Shown here piece by piece: positions 1 through 9,990 of a stretch of 35,020 nt of DNA; the first letter of the stretch is position 1, and each line of letters opens with the position of its first letter. The notes beneath the pieces are model-generated. The model saw only the letters and a program-made list of their open reading frames with translations, was not told the DNA's origin and did not search any database. Where the stretch lies: positions 15,931,309-15,966,328 of the forward strand of contig NC_057718.1 in assembly GCF_004010195.1 (NCBI RefSeq), given 5' to 3'. Source of the stretch: Chiloscyllium plagiosum (taxonomy: Eukaryota). A program made the position numbers and the translations under genes.

Positions 1-254
1 CACTATCTTATCTACCTGCGACTCCACTTTCAAGGAGCTATGAACCTGCACTCCAAGGTCTGTTTGTTCAGCAACACTCCCTAGGACCTTACCATTAAGT
101 GTATAAGTCCTGCTAAGATTTGTTTTCCCAAAATGCAGCACCTCGCATTTATCTGAATTAAACTCCATCTGCCACTTCTCGGCCCATTGGCCCATCTGGT
201 CCAGATCCTGTTGTAATCTGAGGTAACCCTCTTCGCTGTCCACTACACCTCCAA
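1..254 (-). mobile_element. CR1-type LINE ORF2 (RT C-terminal) fragment
   Basis: Closely similar to 31250-31495, where the minus strand reads SKFADDTKIGGVVDSEEGYLRLQRDL (CR1 RT). Runs off the window start. Confidence 0.85.
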
Positions 255-1369
255 AATGAAGAATATTATAGAAAAGAGTTTGAGAATGCGTTTCACGGGA
301 ATAGAAGGGATGATGGAGAAAAAAGAAATTCAAAAAGAAAATGCGGTGATGAAAGTACTCAGCTTTTAGAATGGTTTTTAAAGAGAAATCCTTATTCAAA
401 AAAATTCTTGGATGTCTTCTGACAGGGATGCCTTTTGTTGTAATGATTGTTGTGTTGGACTGAATTGTGTGAATGGAAAAAGTCATGTAATTTTTTTTTC
501 AAATGTTTGTTGAAGATTGTACAATAATGCAATATACAATGCATTATTGTTTTATAGTTTTTTTTAAATAAAAGAGGAATCTGTTAGTATCTAACTTTGT
601 TAACAATATGCTAAATGTCTAAGAGTTAAAGGTAACAAAACAAACAAGTGTTGTGAACTAATTAGTTAATTGTATTCAAATATATAGTTTTTTTTGTTCT
701 TTTACTTTAGTTAAGTTTTTGTTATCCCAAAAGTGCATTCATATATGAAGAAGTCAACCAGAAGTTGCTGTGTTTTATGGTATGTGGGTAATTAAAATAT
801 AAGTGTGATTAGAAACTGTGTGCCTGGACTTTGCCTAAAAGCATTTAACACCTTATGTACAGCATGGGAATGCCTATGTATGCATTGATCCTGCAAAACA
901 AATGGTAGGTGCAAATATAATGCTTCGGCTGTTGCTGCACCAGCATTTGCAAATCCTCGTGAACTTGTCTTCATCCACTAAATTGTGCAGGGAATTCCTC
1001 AAGAGATTTCCTTTTTCGGTATTTTGTTTAATGTTACCTTAAATTTGCAGCAACATGCAACAGTGCAGTAGGGGACAATATGTAAAATGAAATGTAAGAT
1101 ACAAAGATGGTCGTCTGCACAACTGTAAGAACTATTGTAAGAAGCAAAATGCAAATAACCTGAAAGCTTTTTCAGAAGTAAAAAGCACAAAGAGTATCAA
1201 CAACTCATTTAACATTATAAAGAAATGAGCCATACCAAGAAACTGCACAAGGGCATTATTTTAGTCACATAGAATATAATTTATGACTTTAATTAGAATT
1301 GTTTTCATGCTTTTCTGGGTCAGAAACATGACTGAGGAGATTCAAAGCTGATGTTGCAAGAAAGGTGAT

Positions 1370-1439
1370 CATAAATTTGGGAGATGACAACTTGGGAGAT
1401 GACAATTTGGGAGATGACAACCATAAATTTGGGAGATGA
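1370..1439. repeat. Short tandem array of (CATAAA)TTTGGGAGATGACAA-type units
   Basis: Four copies of TGGGAGATGA(CAA) in 1370-1439; GAGATGACAACTTG recurs at 1539-1552 on the far side of the adjacent insertion. Confidence 0.9.
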
Positions 1440-1440
1440 G

Positions 1441-1534
1441 CCCTGAAGAAGGGCTCATGCCCGAAACGTCGATTCTCCTGCTCCTTGGATGCTGCCTGAC
1501 CTGCTGCGCTTTTCCAGCAACACATTTTCAGCTC
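1441..1534 (+). mobile_element. PLE terminal-repeat fragment (family B) with hammerhead core
   Basis: CTGAAGA-A-GGGC-TCAT-GCCC-GAAA-CG-TC at 1443-1470, then GATTCTCCTGCTCCTTGGATGCTGCCTGACCTGCTGCGCTTTTCCAGCAACACATTTTCAGCTC; same family at 27215-27327 and 33217-33409. Confidence 0.8.
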
Positions 1535-1574
1535 ATCAGAGATGACAACTTGAACAAGAATCAGGTGGGCTGAT

Positions 1575-2351
1575 GGGCCGAGGAGTGGCAGATGGAGTTT
1601 AATTTAGATAAATGTGAGGTGTTGCATTATGCTAAGGGAAATCAGGGCTGGATTTATAGTCTTAATGGTAGAGTCCTGGGGAATTGTTCATAGTTCCTTG
1701 AAGGTGGAATCACAGGTACACAGGGTGTTGAAAAAGGTGTTTGGCACACTTGCATTTATTGGTCAGTGAATTGACTTTAAGGGTTTGATGTCATGTTGAT
1801 GCTGTACAAGACATTGGTTAGGCCACTTTTTTGAATGTTGCATTCAATTCTGGTCTCCCTGCTATAGGAAAGATGTTGTTAAACTTGACAAGGTACAGAA
1901 AAGATTACAAGGATATTGCCAGGGTTAGAGGGTTTGAATTCTAGGGAGATGCTGGGGCTATTTTCCCTGGAGTGTCGGAGGCTGAGGGTCGACCTTGTAG
2001 AGGTTTATAAAATCATGAGGGGCATGGATAGGGTGAATAGCCAAGGTCTTTTCCCAGGTGTAGGAGAACCCTAAACTAGACAGCATAGGTTTAAGATGAG
2101 AGGGAAAAGCTATAAAAGGAACCTAAGAGCAACTTTTTCACACAGAGGGTGATGTGTGTATAGATGATGGAGTCTGATACAATTACAACATTTAAAAGGC
2201 ATCTGATGGGTACACGAATAGGAAGGGTTGAGAGGGATATGGGCAAAATGCTGCCAAATGGGACTAGATTAAATTAGGATATCTGATCAGCATGGACAAG
2301 TGGGACAAAAGGGTTTGTTTCTGTGCTGTACAACTGTATGACTCTATGACT
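1575..2351 (+). mobile_element. CR1-type LINE 3' portion
   Basis: WAEEWQMEFNLDKCEVLH-type RT C-terminus and decayed ORF2 end; terminates in the octamer tail CTGTATGACTCTATGACT. Confidence 0.9.
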
Positions 2352-3284
2352 TAAGAGGAAAGGGAGGTTAAGATGGGATGGTAATTTGCAAGGATGGTGT
2401 GATAGTGGAAGGTTTGAAAGAAAGTAGCAAAAGAGATAAAATAATTTTAATATCAGCTACGGGAGGAAGGTTGGTGCTAGATGTTTTGAGGGTTTAGGTA
2501 GCAAAAGATAGGTCTCAAGGACAACTTGAGTCCAAGATATGATGGAAAAATCCTCACACTAAGAAGACTTAGTATTACCAAAACTTTGCAACTACAGGAC
2601 TGTAATGTATTTAAAAATGTATAAGGTGCAGTTGAAATTCCCCAGCACAATTGCATAATTTGACTGGAATGACATATGTGATTTACCAATACAAGAAATC
2701 AGTATCAGTGAAACTTAGAACTAACCTACAATAATACTAAAACATGATTAAATATAAATTTCTGGTCACAAAAATCAACCAGATGTCCTGTTATGGGATT
2801 AATCATTTTAATGCTAGATTTGGATGAACTGTGATAACAGTGAAATAATATGGTTTAGTGAAATCCATGAAAATGGCAAAAAAAAACAATTGTTTGGCTG
2901 ACACCAGTGCAAATTGAACAGTCAATCTTCAAACGTCTGCAATAGAAGCACTAAAGAGCTCGTATCAATACATTTCAATTACCTTATTGTTTCTCCGTCT
3001 TACTCCAATTAACAGTCATTATTGATCAAAGAAAGTTGAAGTTGATTTTAACTGTATCCACCCTGTTTACATTTCTCACCATTTTGTGTTATTATTTTAG
3101 TGTCAGGAACTGTTCTCATGATTCCTTAAGAACTAGAATTTCTATTCTCACCCATTCATCAGTCATCTATTGATTCTTACTGGGAAGGATGAGGTAGCTT
3201 ATCCTGCAACATTTTAATAAGGCCTGGGAGATACAATGAACCAAGCTTTGCCAGACACTGTGATTTGCACATCTTCATTCCTTG

Positions 3285-4093
3285 TGTTACGACACAGAGG
3301 TAAACCCGTCTGTTACTTCACCCAAACACCCAGAAAAGCTCTCCTTGCCTCGCTTCGTAATCTGTTAGAGAATGAGTGACAGAGAACTCCCAAATTCCAC
3401 TATTTAAAGAAAATAACATCAATTCATTTTTAACTCTAAAAGTGAACATTAAACAACAACTATTCACAACTCTAAGAACCCCTTTCTCTTAACTGCTTAT
3501 TATCTGCCTCCAGCTTTATAACAATATGCTGTTCCAATAAGATATTTGGTAAAATTAAATCAAGTTAATTTCAAAACCACTCAGCCACTGTCCTGTTCTG
3601 TGTCCTGCTTCTTCCGGCTAAAGATCTCCCTGGGTCGTCTTCTTTCTTTTTACTATGAATATGTTTCAAATGAAAAGGTAACAATGATACAGAGTGTTTC
3701 CTAATTTCTTAGAGAGCAAGATGTTAGCTCTCCATGTGTCTCTGCCTTTATGGCAGTTGCTGTCTCTCCAATTTTCAAAATGTCTGCCTTTTATTATACC
3801 CCCAATATCGGATTGTCTCATTGGTTCAATGTTGGCAAAACAATAAATTCAAATTTGATTGGGTTTTAGTATTTCTCGGGCATAATTTAAACAAGCTGGT
3901 TAAATCCAATTTGTTGTCAAACAGTAACCAAAACTCAAATATCCCTTTCACAGCCAAATGTTACATATTTTCAATATTCCAGCACACTCTGGGACTGCCA
4001 ACTAGTCACATACAACGGTGCTTGTAAGCTCTCAGTTCAGAACAGCATTCTCTCTCTTTTAAAGGTATAGTACACTATTTCAGCTTCATAACA
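3285..4093 (-). mobile_element. Probable solo LTR
   Basis: 809 bp bounded by TGTTACGA...TCATAACA (TG...CA, 8-bp terminal inverted repeat with 1 mismatch); no coding signal; no matching TSD seen; strand tentative. Confidence 0.5.
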
Positions 4094-4289
4094 GCAGTTA
4101 GTATAGTGGTGGATCCACTGTGAATCCAAGTAGCAGCTTCAACTGTGAGTTCAAAGAGGCAGCTGATATACTCTCCAAGCTATCCCCTTAGCACACTGTG
4201 GTAGAATTCATGGGTAGAACACAATCAGACAACTGCAAATAATGATCAAACCAATGTGAAAAAATAAAACCTGAATACTTACAAGATAT

Positions 4290-4825
4290 AAGTAATAGGC
4301 GCAAAGTCAGGCCATTTGTCTTCTTGAGCCTGCTCTGCTGGTTATTACATTCTGCTTGTAGCATTAACACCACTTTCCTTCCTGACCACATAACCCATGG
4401 TTCCTTTTTAGATTAAAAATCTGTCTAAATTAACCTTGAATATATTAGACAATCAACCTTCCACTGCTTTCTGTGCAAAATAATTCTAAACACCAATGAC
4501 TGACCCTCTGAAATTTTAAAAAAGCTCCTCTTTATCTCTATCTTAAATGGGAGGCCCCTTATTTTATGCTTGTTGTTCTAGAATCATGTACTTTGGGGGG
4601 AGTATCCTCCCAGTATCCACTCTGTCAAGCCATCAGAATTTCTCATCTTTCTAAATTCCAGGGAATTTTGACCCAAGCTTTTTAAACATCAGCCTAATTA
4701 ACTTTTTCTGAACTGTTTCCAATGCAAGTATGGTTTTCCTTAAGTAAAATGACCAAAACTATACCCAATACTCTAGGTACCATCTCATCAGTGCCTCATA
4801 CAGTTGCAAAAAAATCCATATTTTT
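4290..4825 (-). mobile_element. Old CR1-type LINE 3' fragment
   Basis: Decayed similarity to the reverse complement of CR1 3' ends (AGGCCATT...GCCTGCTCTGC; ACCAAAACTATACCCAATACTCTAGGT). Confidence 0.6.
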
Positions 4826-4834
4826 ATATTGTTG

Positions 4835-5355
4835 CTCAGGGTAGTATCTTAGGCCCAACCATCTTCAGCAACTTTATCAATCACTTCCCCCCATCATAAA
4901 ATTAGAGGGAGGATGTTCAACACAAATCATAACTCAGATACTCCAACCACTCAAATACTGATGTAGTCCACATCCAAATGTAGCAAGGCCTAAACAACAG
5001 CCAGACTTGGTGTAATAAGTGACAGTAATATCTGCCATACAAGTGCCAGGCAGTGACCCTCCAACAAGAAAAAATACAATTATTGTCTCTTGATATTCAA
5101 TTGTATTACCATTCCTGAATGCCCCAGTATCATTGACCAGAAATGGAATGGGACAGCCATGTAAATACAGTACTGTGGCTACGAGAGCAAGTTAAAGGCT
5201 GGAAATTCTGTAAAAACTATTCACCTCCTGGGTCCTCAAGGTCTGTCCACAATCTACATGGCACAAGTCAGGAATACAGTAGAATACTCTCCACTTGTCT
5301 GGATGGGTGCAGCTCTGATAGCACTCATGAAGCTTGGCAACATCCAAGACAATGA
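4835..5355 (+). mobile_element. Old CR1/L2-clade LINE RT fragment
   Basis: CAGGGTAGTATCTTAGGCCCAACCATCTTC = QGSILGPTIF (RT QG motif); related minus-strand piece at ~7130-7560 (SVLGPTIFS). Confidence 0.65.
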
Positions 5356-5419
5356 AGCCGTCTGTACATTGGCATTCTGCAGTATCTCTCCATTTTAAAT
5401 AATATTTCCACCTAAAGCT

Positions 5420-5986
5420 AGAGGACTGGAGAACAAGGATGCTGAAGTTATGCTGCAGTTATACAAAACCTGGTTAGACCCTACTTGGAGTACAGTGAGC
5501 AGATGTGGAGACTACACTTTAGGAAAGATATATTGGCCTTGGAGAGAGTACAACATAGATTTACAAGAACCTGGAGTTCAAGAGACATGAGAGATTACAC
5601 AAATTAGGCCTTTTTTTTGAGAATTTAGAAGGGGTGATCTGATCAAAGTCTTCACGATATAGACAGGAAAAGACAAGGTAAATAAAGTATTTCCATTGGT
5701 TGGGATTCCAGAACAAAGGCCAGACCATTCAATAGAGAAGTTAGAAAGCACTTTTACACACAAAGGGTGGTAGTTGCTTGGAACTTTCTTGCACAAATGG
5801 CAGTGCATGTAGAATCAGTTGTTAATTTTAAATCTGAGGTAGATAATTTTTCGTTAAGCCAAAGGTATTAAGTAATATGGACCAAAGTCAGATATATTGA
5901 GTTAGGCTACAAATCAGGCATGATTTCATTGAATGGTGGAACTGGCTCAATGGGCTGAATGGCCTACTCATGTTCCTATATTCCTA
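5420..5986 (+). mobile_element. CR1-type LINE 3' fragment
   Basis: EVMLQLYKT..VRPYLEY-like ORF2 end; terminates GGCCTACTCATGTTCCTATATTCCTA. Confidence 0.8.
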
Positions 5987-6295
5987 CCATATTTGCTGAG
6001 TGGGTTTAATTCGTTTTCATCTTAGCTTGCAGAATGGAGTACCATAGTGTTTTACCTCAAGGTGAATTGATATATGTTGCTTTCTCTATTGAAAGTTGTA
6101 GAGTGGAATTGATCTAAATTCTTGAAACATTGTTCCAATGAAAGATGTTTATCAATGATGGAATACAATTCTCATAATATTTCAAAATTTTGACTTATTT
6201 GGCCACTATAAACAAACTACAAAATGATTTTAAAAACCTCACTCGTTCTTGGATTTTTCAGTTTCCAGTAACCACAGAAACAGAGACTTGTGAAG

Positions 6296-6800
6296 ACTCT
6301 TACCAGAAGTATTGTGTTGGAATCTGAGGAACTGTACTGAAATGAGCTCTTCCAAGGACAGAAGGAAGAGAAAACTGTCTCCAGTCAAGCAGGTGTGCAT
6401 AAAAGCAGCCAAAGGTGTCAGTAGCAGGAGTGTGCTGCTTCCATCCTGGAAAAAGTACACCAAGAGAATCTAGGACCCGAGAAGGATGTGACAGGTAAGT
6501 GTCATCACAATTTCAGGAGCCAAGCCAAACAGGTGATTTGTCCAGCATTGTACTGCACAGTATACTTCAGATCAATATACTTTACAACTGCACTCATTCC
6601 TCTCACCATAGACACCTCACAATCCCATTTAAGCAGCCAACACTCTCTCTCAGTCTATTTCCCTTTTATCTGCATAGTCACTGTCCACAAACGGGGAACT
6701 TCCGTCTTCTGCACACAAATCATTACAACCATTCATAGCTCTCTTCTTTCCTTTCTTGGAGGAGAGAAGAATACGCAATTAGGTGAGAGGGAGAGGTGAC
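6296..6800 (+). pseudogene. Decayed Myb/SANT-like DNA-binding gene remnant, probably Harbinger-derived
   Basis: Frame reads LLPEVLCWNLRNCTEMSSSKDRRKRKLSPVKQVCIKAAKGVSSRSVLLPSWKKYTKRI*DPRRM*Q, then donor GTAAGT at 6495 and a later EKNTQLGERER segment; resembles the ...EVSSRS...W.QCRKRFNDL.../EK.AHN.RER pattern from memory. Confidence 0.45.
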
Positions 6801-7129
6801 AAGCCCAGTAACAGGTGCCTTGTCAGCCATTGGCAATCCATTCTCCACCTGGTTCACAGGCGTTCCTATTCCAGGAGGCTGCAAATGTCTGCAGAGACTC
6901 CTGAGGCACTCATGCTCAGGTATTTCAAGAAAAAAGATCCTCTGCCTGCAGACCCTCTGTTGAAGTCTTGTTGCTTTGGAGCTGGATCTCAATGTCCATT
7001 CCTTCAGTTTAAGGACATACAGTTGAGGGAAAGAAAGTTGGTGTTGCTGATGTGCTCCTGCATCTGATGGTGCAGTTACTGGCAGTGTGAACTTTCCTCT
7101 TGAACCTCAACAGATGTAAATGATGTTGC

Positions 7130-7560
7130 TGGATGAGCCATTTATATGGCTGATTCTGTTCATTTTCTGGTCAATGTTAATACCTGGAATTAACATTCAG
7201 CAATGTAAAGTATGTTGAATATTAAGGTGGGATGATTAGATTCTTTCTTGTTGTAGGTTCTCATTGCCTGGCACTTATGCATGAAAGTTATTTGTCACTT
7301 CTGAACCAAAGGCTGAATTTTGTCCCAGTCTTGGACACTGACAGCTTCAGTACCTAAGAAAAAATGAGTGCACGCTGCTCAGTACCAATCATCAAAAACA
7401 TCTCCACCTTGGATGGAGGGATGATTATTGCTGAATATGGTTGGGCCTAGGACACTACATGAGGAATTTCTGCAGCAATATCCTAAGGATGAAAATGATT
7501 GCCTTCCAACAATCACAATCATTTTCCTTTTCCAAGTGGGTGCCCACTGTTCCTCAGCCT
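7130..7560 (-). mobile_element. Old CR1/L2-clade LINE fragment
   Basis: Minus-strand ORF 7379-7618 contains SVLGPTIFS; reverse-complement similarity to 4835-5355. Confidence 0.55.
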
Positions 7561-7711
7561 CATCCTGAACAAAGTCTGCAGAGGGTGAGATTACATTGGG
7601 ATCTTGATGCATAATCAAATATTGGACTTTCCCAAACCACTCATCTGGAACCCATTTCTGTCAGTCTGTTAAAATTCCCTCCATAGAGGTAAAGAATGAT
7701 CACATATTAGT

Positions 7712-7820
7712 TTGGCTTAGTTGGCAGTATTGTCATCCAAGTCAGAAGATCAAACATCATTCCAAGACTTGGCCATTTAATATAGGCTGACATTCCAGGC
7801 CAATGCTGTGGAAGAGCTGC
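7712..7820 (+). mobile_element. Degenerate tRNA-derived SINE 5' part
   Basis: A-box-like TGGCTTAGTTGG, then AGTCAGAAG...CCAAGACTTG...TAGGCTGACATTCCAG; B box decayed or deleted. Confidence 0.5.
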
Positions 7821-7910
7821 TCTGAAGGTTACTGGCCTTGAAACAGTAATTCTGCTCCTTTCTTAATAGATGCTGCCAGATCTGCTGAGTTTCTCCAACA
7901 ATTTCTGATT
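7821..7910 (+). mobile_element. Old PLE terminal-repeat fragment (family C), decayed hammerhead
   Basis: TCTGAAGGTTACTGGCCTTGAAACAGTAATTCTG...AGATGCTGCCAGATCTGCTGAGTTTCTCCAACAATTTCTG; reverse-complement relative at 8351-8460. Confidence 0.55.
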
Positions 7911-8350
7911 GCATTCCCAATCCTTCTCGATTGTTTGCTGTGTAGATAATTAAGCTCTGATTTTTATTTGCAGAGCAACTATGGTGGGTGCAAACCATTG
8001 TCTGTCAATTCAGGGATGATGTCTACTTAGGGTCATGAGTTTCTGCAATGATTGAATGCATGGAGAAAGATGTCCCACAAAATACTGGAATCTAGAGAGC
8101 ATGATTTGTTTCCGTTTCTTTTTCTGTTACCACTCTGCTTCCTCATTAAGACTTGGTGACTCATTCCTAATGCAGTTTGCTGGAAAAGTTGTTACCATTT
8201 TGAAGGATTGGAAACATTTTCTTTACTGTCATTAATGTTAATATTGTTGCACTTAAAAGGAGAGCTTCAGGGTGTCCTTGAAACATTTTCTTTGTCATCC
8301 AATAGGAGAAAAGGCCTTTTGATGTCTGAGAAAACTGGTCCTGGTGGGGG

Positions 8351-8503
8351 ACAAAAAAATAGAAATTGCTGGAAAAATTCAGCAGGTCTGGCAGCACTTG
8401 TAGAGAGAAATCAGAGTTAATATTTTGGTCCAGTGACCCTCCCTTAGAACTGACAGTAGCTAGGAAAATGTTGGTTTATATGGTGGGGGGGGGGGGGGGG
8501 GGG
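8351..8503 (-). mobile_element. Old PLE terminal-repeat fragment (family C) next to a G19 run
   Basis: Minus strand 8450-8416 reads GTT-CTAAGGG-A-GGGTC-ACTG-GACCA-AAA-TA-TT-AAC (decayed hammerhead layout), then ...GCTGCCAGACCTGCTGAATTTTTCCAGCAATTTCT; poly-G at 8485-8503. Confidence 0.55.
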
Positions 8504-8531
8504 AGATGATTTTTAGAGAACTGAACACAGT

Positions 8532-9482
8532 GGGCTGAATTTTCACAACACCTGAATGACACGGGGCAGTGGTGAGTCAATAGGGAAAATATGGCGAGTT
8601 CGGAAAAATGAGATTCTTGATATCACAGAAAAGAAGTACAATTCTGCATTCAAATGTTGAACAGCCAGACAAGAATCACATTAGTGAACAGTGAGAGGAC
8701 TATTTGCATATATTAACATCTGATTAGTACTTAATCTTATCTCATTGATATACAATTTCCTATTCTCCCACGCTCCAGACAGAAATTAGACAGCAAAAAT
8801 CCCTGACATGAAAGTCAGAATGGATACCTGAAAGCTGTTGCTTTTTTGAGCCTCCAACTTGGGCAAACTTTCTGTTTGCTTTTTCTTCACTTTTGCTGGT
8901 ATTGAATAAGAGCTAATGTTTGAAAGCTTTCCAGTAGGTGGTGATTCCACATTGAACAAAGAGATGTTATGCTATGTTGGATGTTAAGGAAAGTGTGGCA
9001 CTCCCATAGACGAGGTTCTAGATGGTATGGTGCTGAGGATGAATAACCTGTGTAGTTTGATTCTTATAGCTATAGTTATAATGACAGCCAATTAGGTGAT
9101 GATGTAAAAAGTAATACATTTACAAGTGTGAGCTTGCATTTGCAATTAAATGTTAGCTACACCACCTATGTGCCCTCAGGTGCATTTCATGGTTTTTTCC
9201 CTTTCTCATAACATGCACTGCAAAGGGCATCTCCTGGTTGGCAGCTCTTGACCTGGTGCATGGCTGGATTTCAGAAATTAAGCTAATGCATTACCTGGAG
9301 GCCCCAGCAGTGGCAAGTACTTTTGCCTTTGCTGAGCCGACAATAGTGCAAGTGGAGCATGATGCATACATAATGAGGGGAGTGCAGAAAATTGTGTGAG
9401 ATAACTCAACAGAGCTCACGGTACGAAATCTTCAATAAAACTCCCAAAATTGAGACCGTTGATTTTTCATAAAATTCAGTCC
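8532..9482. mobile_element. Non-autonomous DNA transposon (PIF/Harbinger-like MITE)
   Basis: TIRs GGGCTGAATTTT (8532-8543) / AAAATTCAGTCC (9471-9482), 11/12 match; 3-bp TSD AGT at 8529-8531 and 9483-9485; no transposase ORF. Confidence 0.7.
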
Positions 9483-9629
9483 AGTGTCCAGGCAATCGAA
9501 GTCAATTTTGTGGGAGTTTTGACTGAAAGTTTTTGGACCTGACTTCAAGCCGACACTAACATTTATTCAATAGCTTTCCCATTGTATACAGATGGGGTGG
9601 CACAGTGATTAGCTTTCTTGATTTTTTTT

Positions 9630-9990
9630 TGTGCCTGTTCATAGCATTTTTAAGGGATATGCACCTGAACCCCCAAGTCTCTTTGGATATTCACTGTACT
9701 TAACATCATACTGTCTAGAAAGTACCCTAATCTAATCTTTGTCACTCCAAAATGGATAACCTCACACTTGTCTTACATGTACTCCATCTGCCACAGTTTT
9801 GCCCAATCACTTCATTTATCAATATCCCTTTGTAATTTTATCCTATCATCTACATGATGTACAATGTTGTCTAACTTTATATCACCAGATAGTTTGGATA
9901 TATGCCTTTCTATGCCAATATCTAAGTCAATAATGAATAATTGAGGCCTTAACATAGATCCTTGTGGGACACCACTGCTCACATCCTGAT
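9630..9990 (-). mobile_element. CR1-type LINE RT fragment
   Basis: ORF 9812-9997 reads VSSGVPQGSMLRPQLFI...ISKLSGDIKL...LQRDIDK. Confidence 0.85.

Noticed and set aside
1..254. Segmental duplication or LTR pair with 31250-31495
   Set aside because: Both are the same region of a high-copy CR1 subfamily; flanks are unrelated.
1370..1439. CRISPR-like or telomeric array
   Set aside because: Units are adjacent with no unique spacers, there are no cas genes, the context is eukaryotic and the unit is not TTAGGG.
1289..1525. Recurrent ORFs MCCWKSAAGQAASKEQENRRF... (also 33010-33366, 33223-33420) as a small protein family
   Set aside because: They are antisense readings of the PLE terminal repeat and run into unrelated flanks.
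6262..6494. Functional host exon ending at CAG|GTAAGT
   Set aside because: All three frames contain stops; better explained as a decayed transposon gene, although a non-coding exon is not excluded.
8485..8503. G19 run as a functional G-quadruplex
   Set aside because: Simple homopolymer next to a decayed repeat; its length is error-prone and there is no supporting context.
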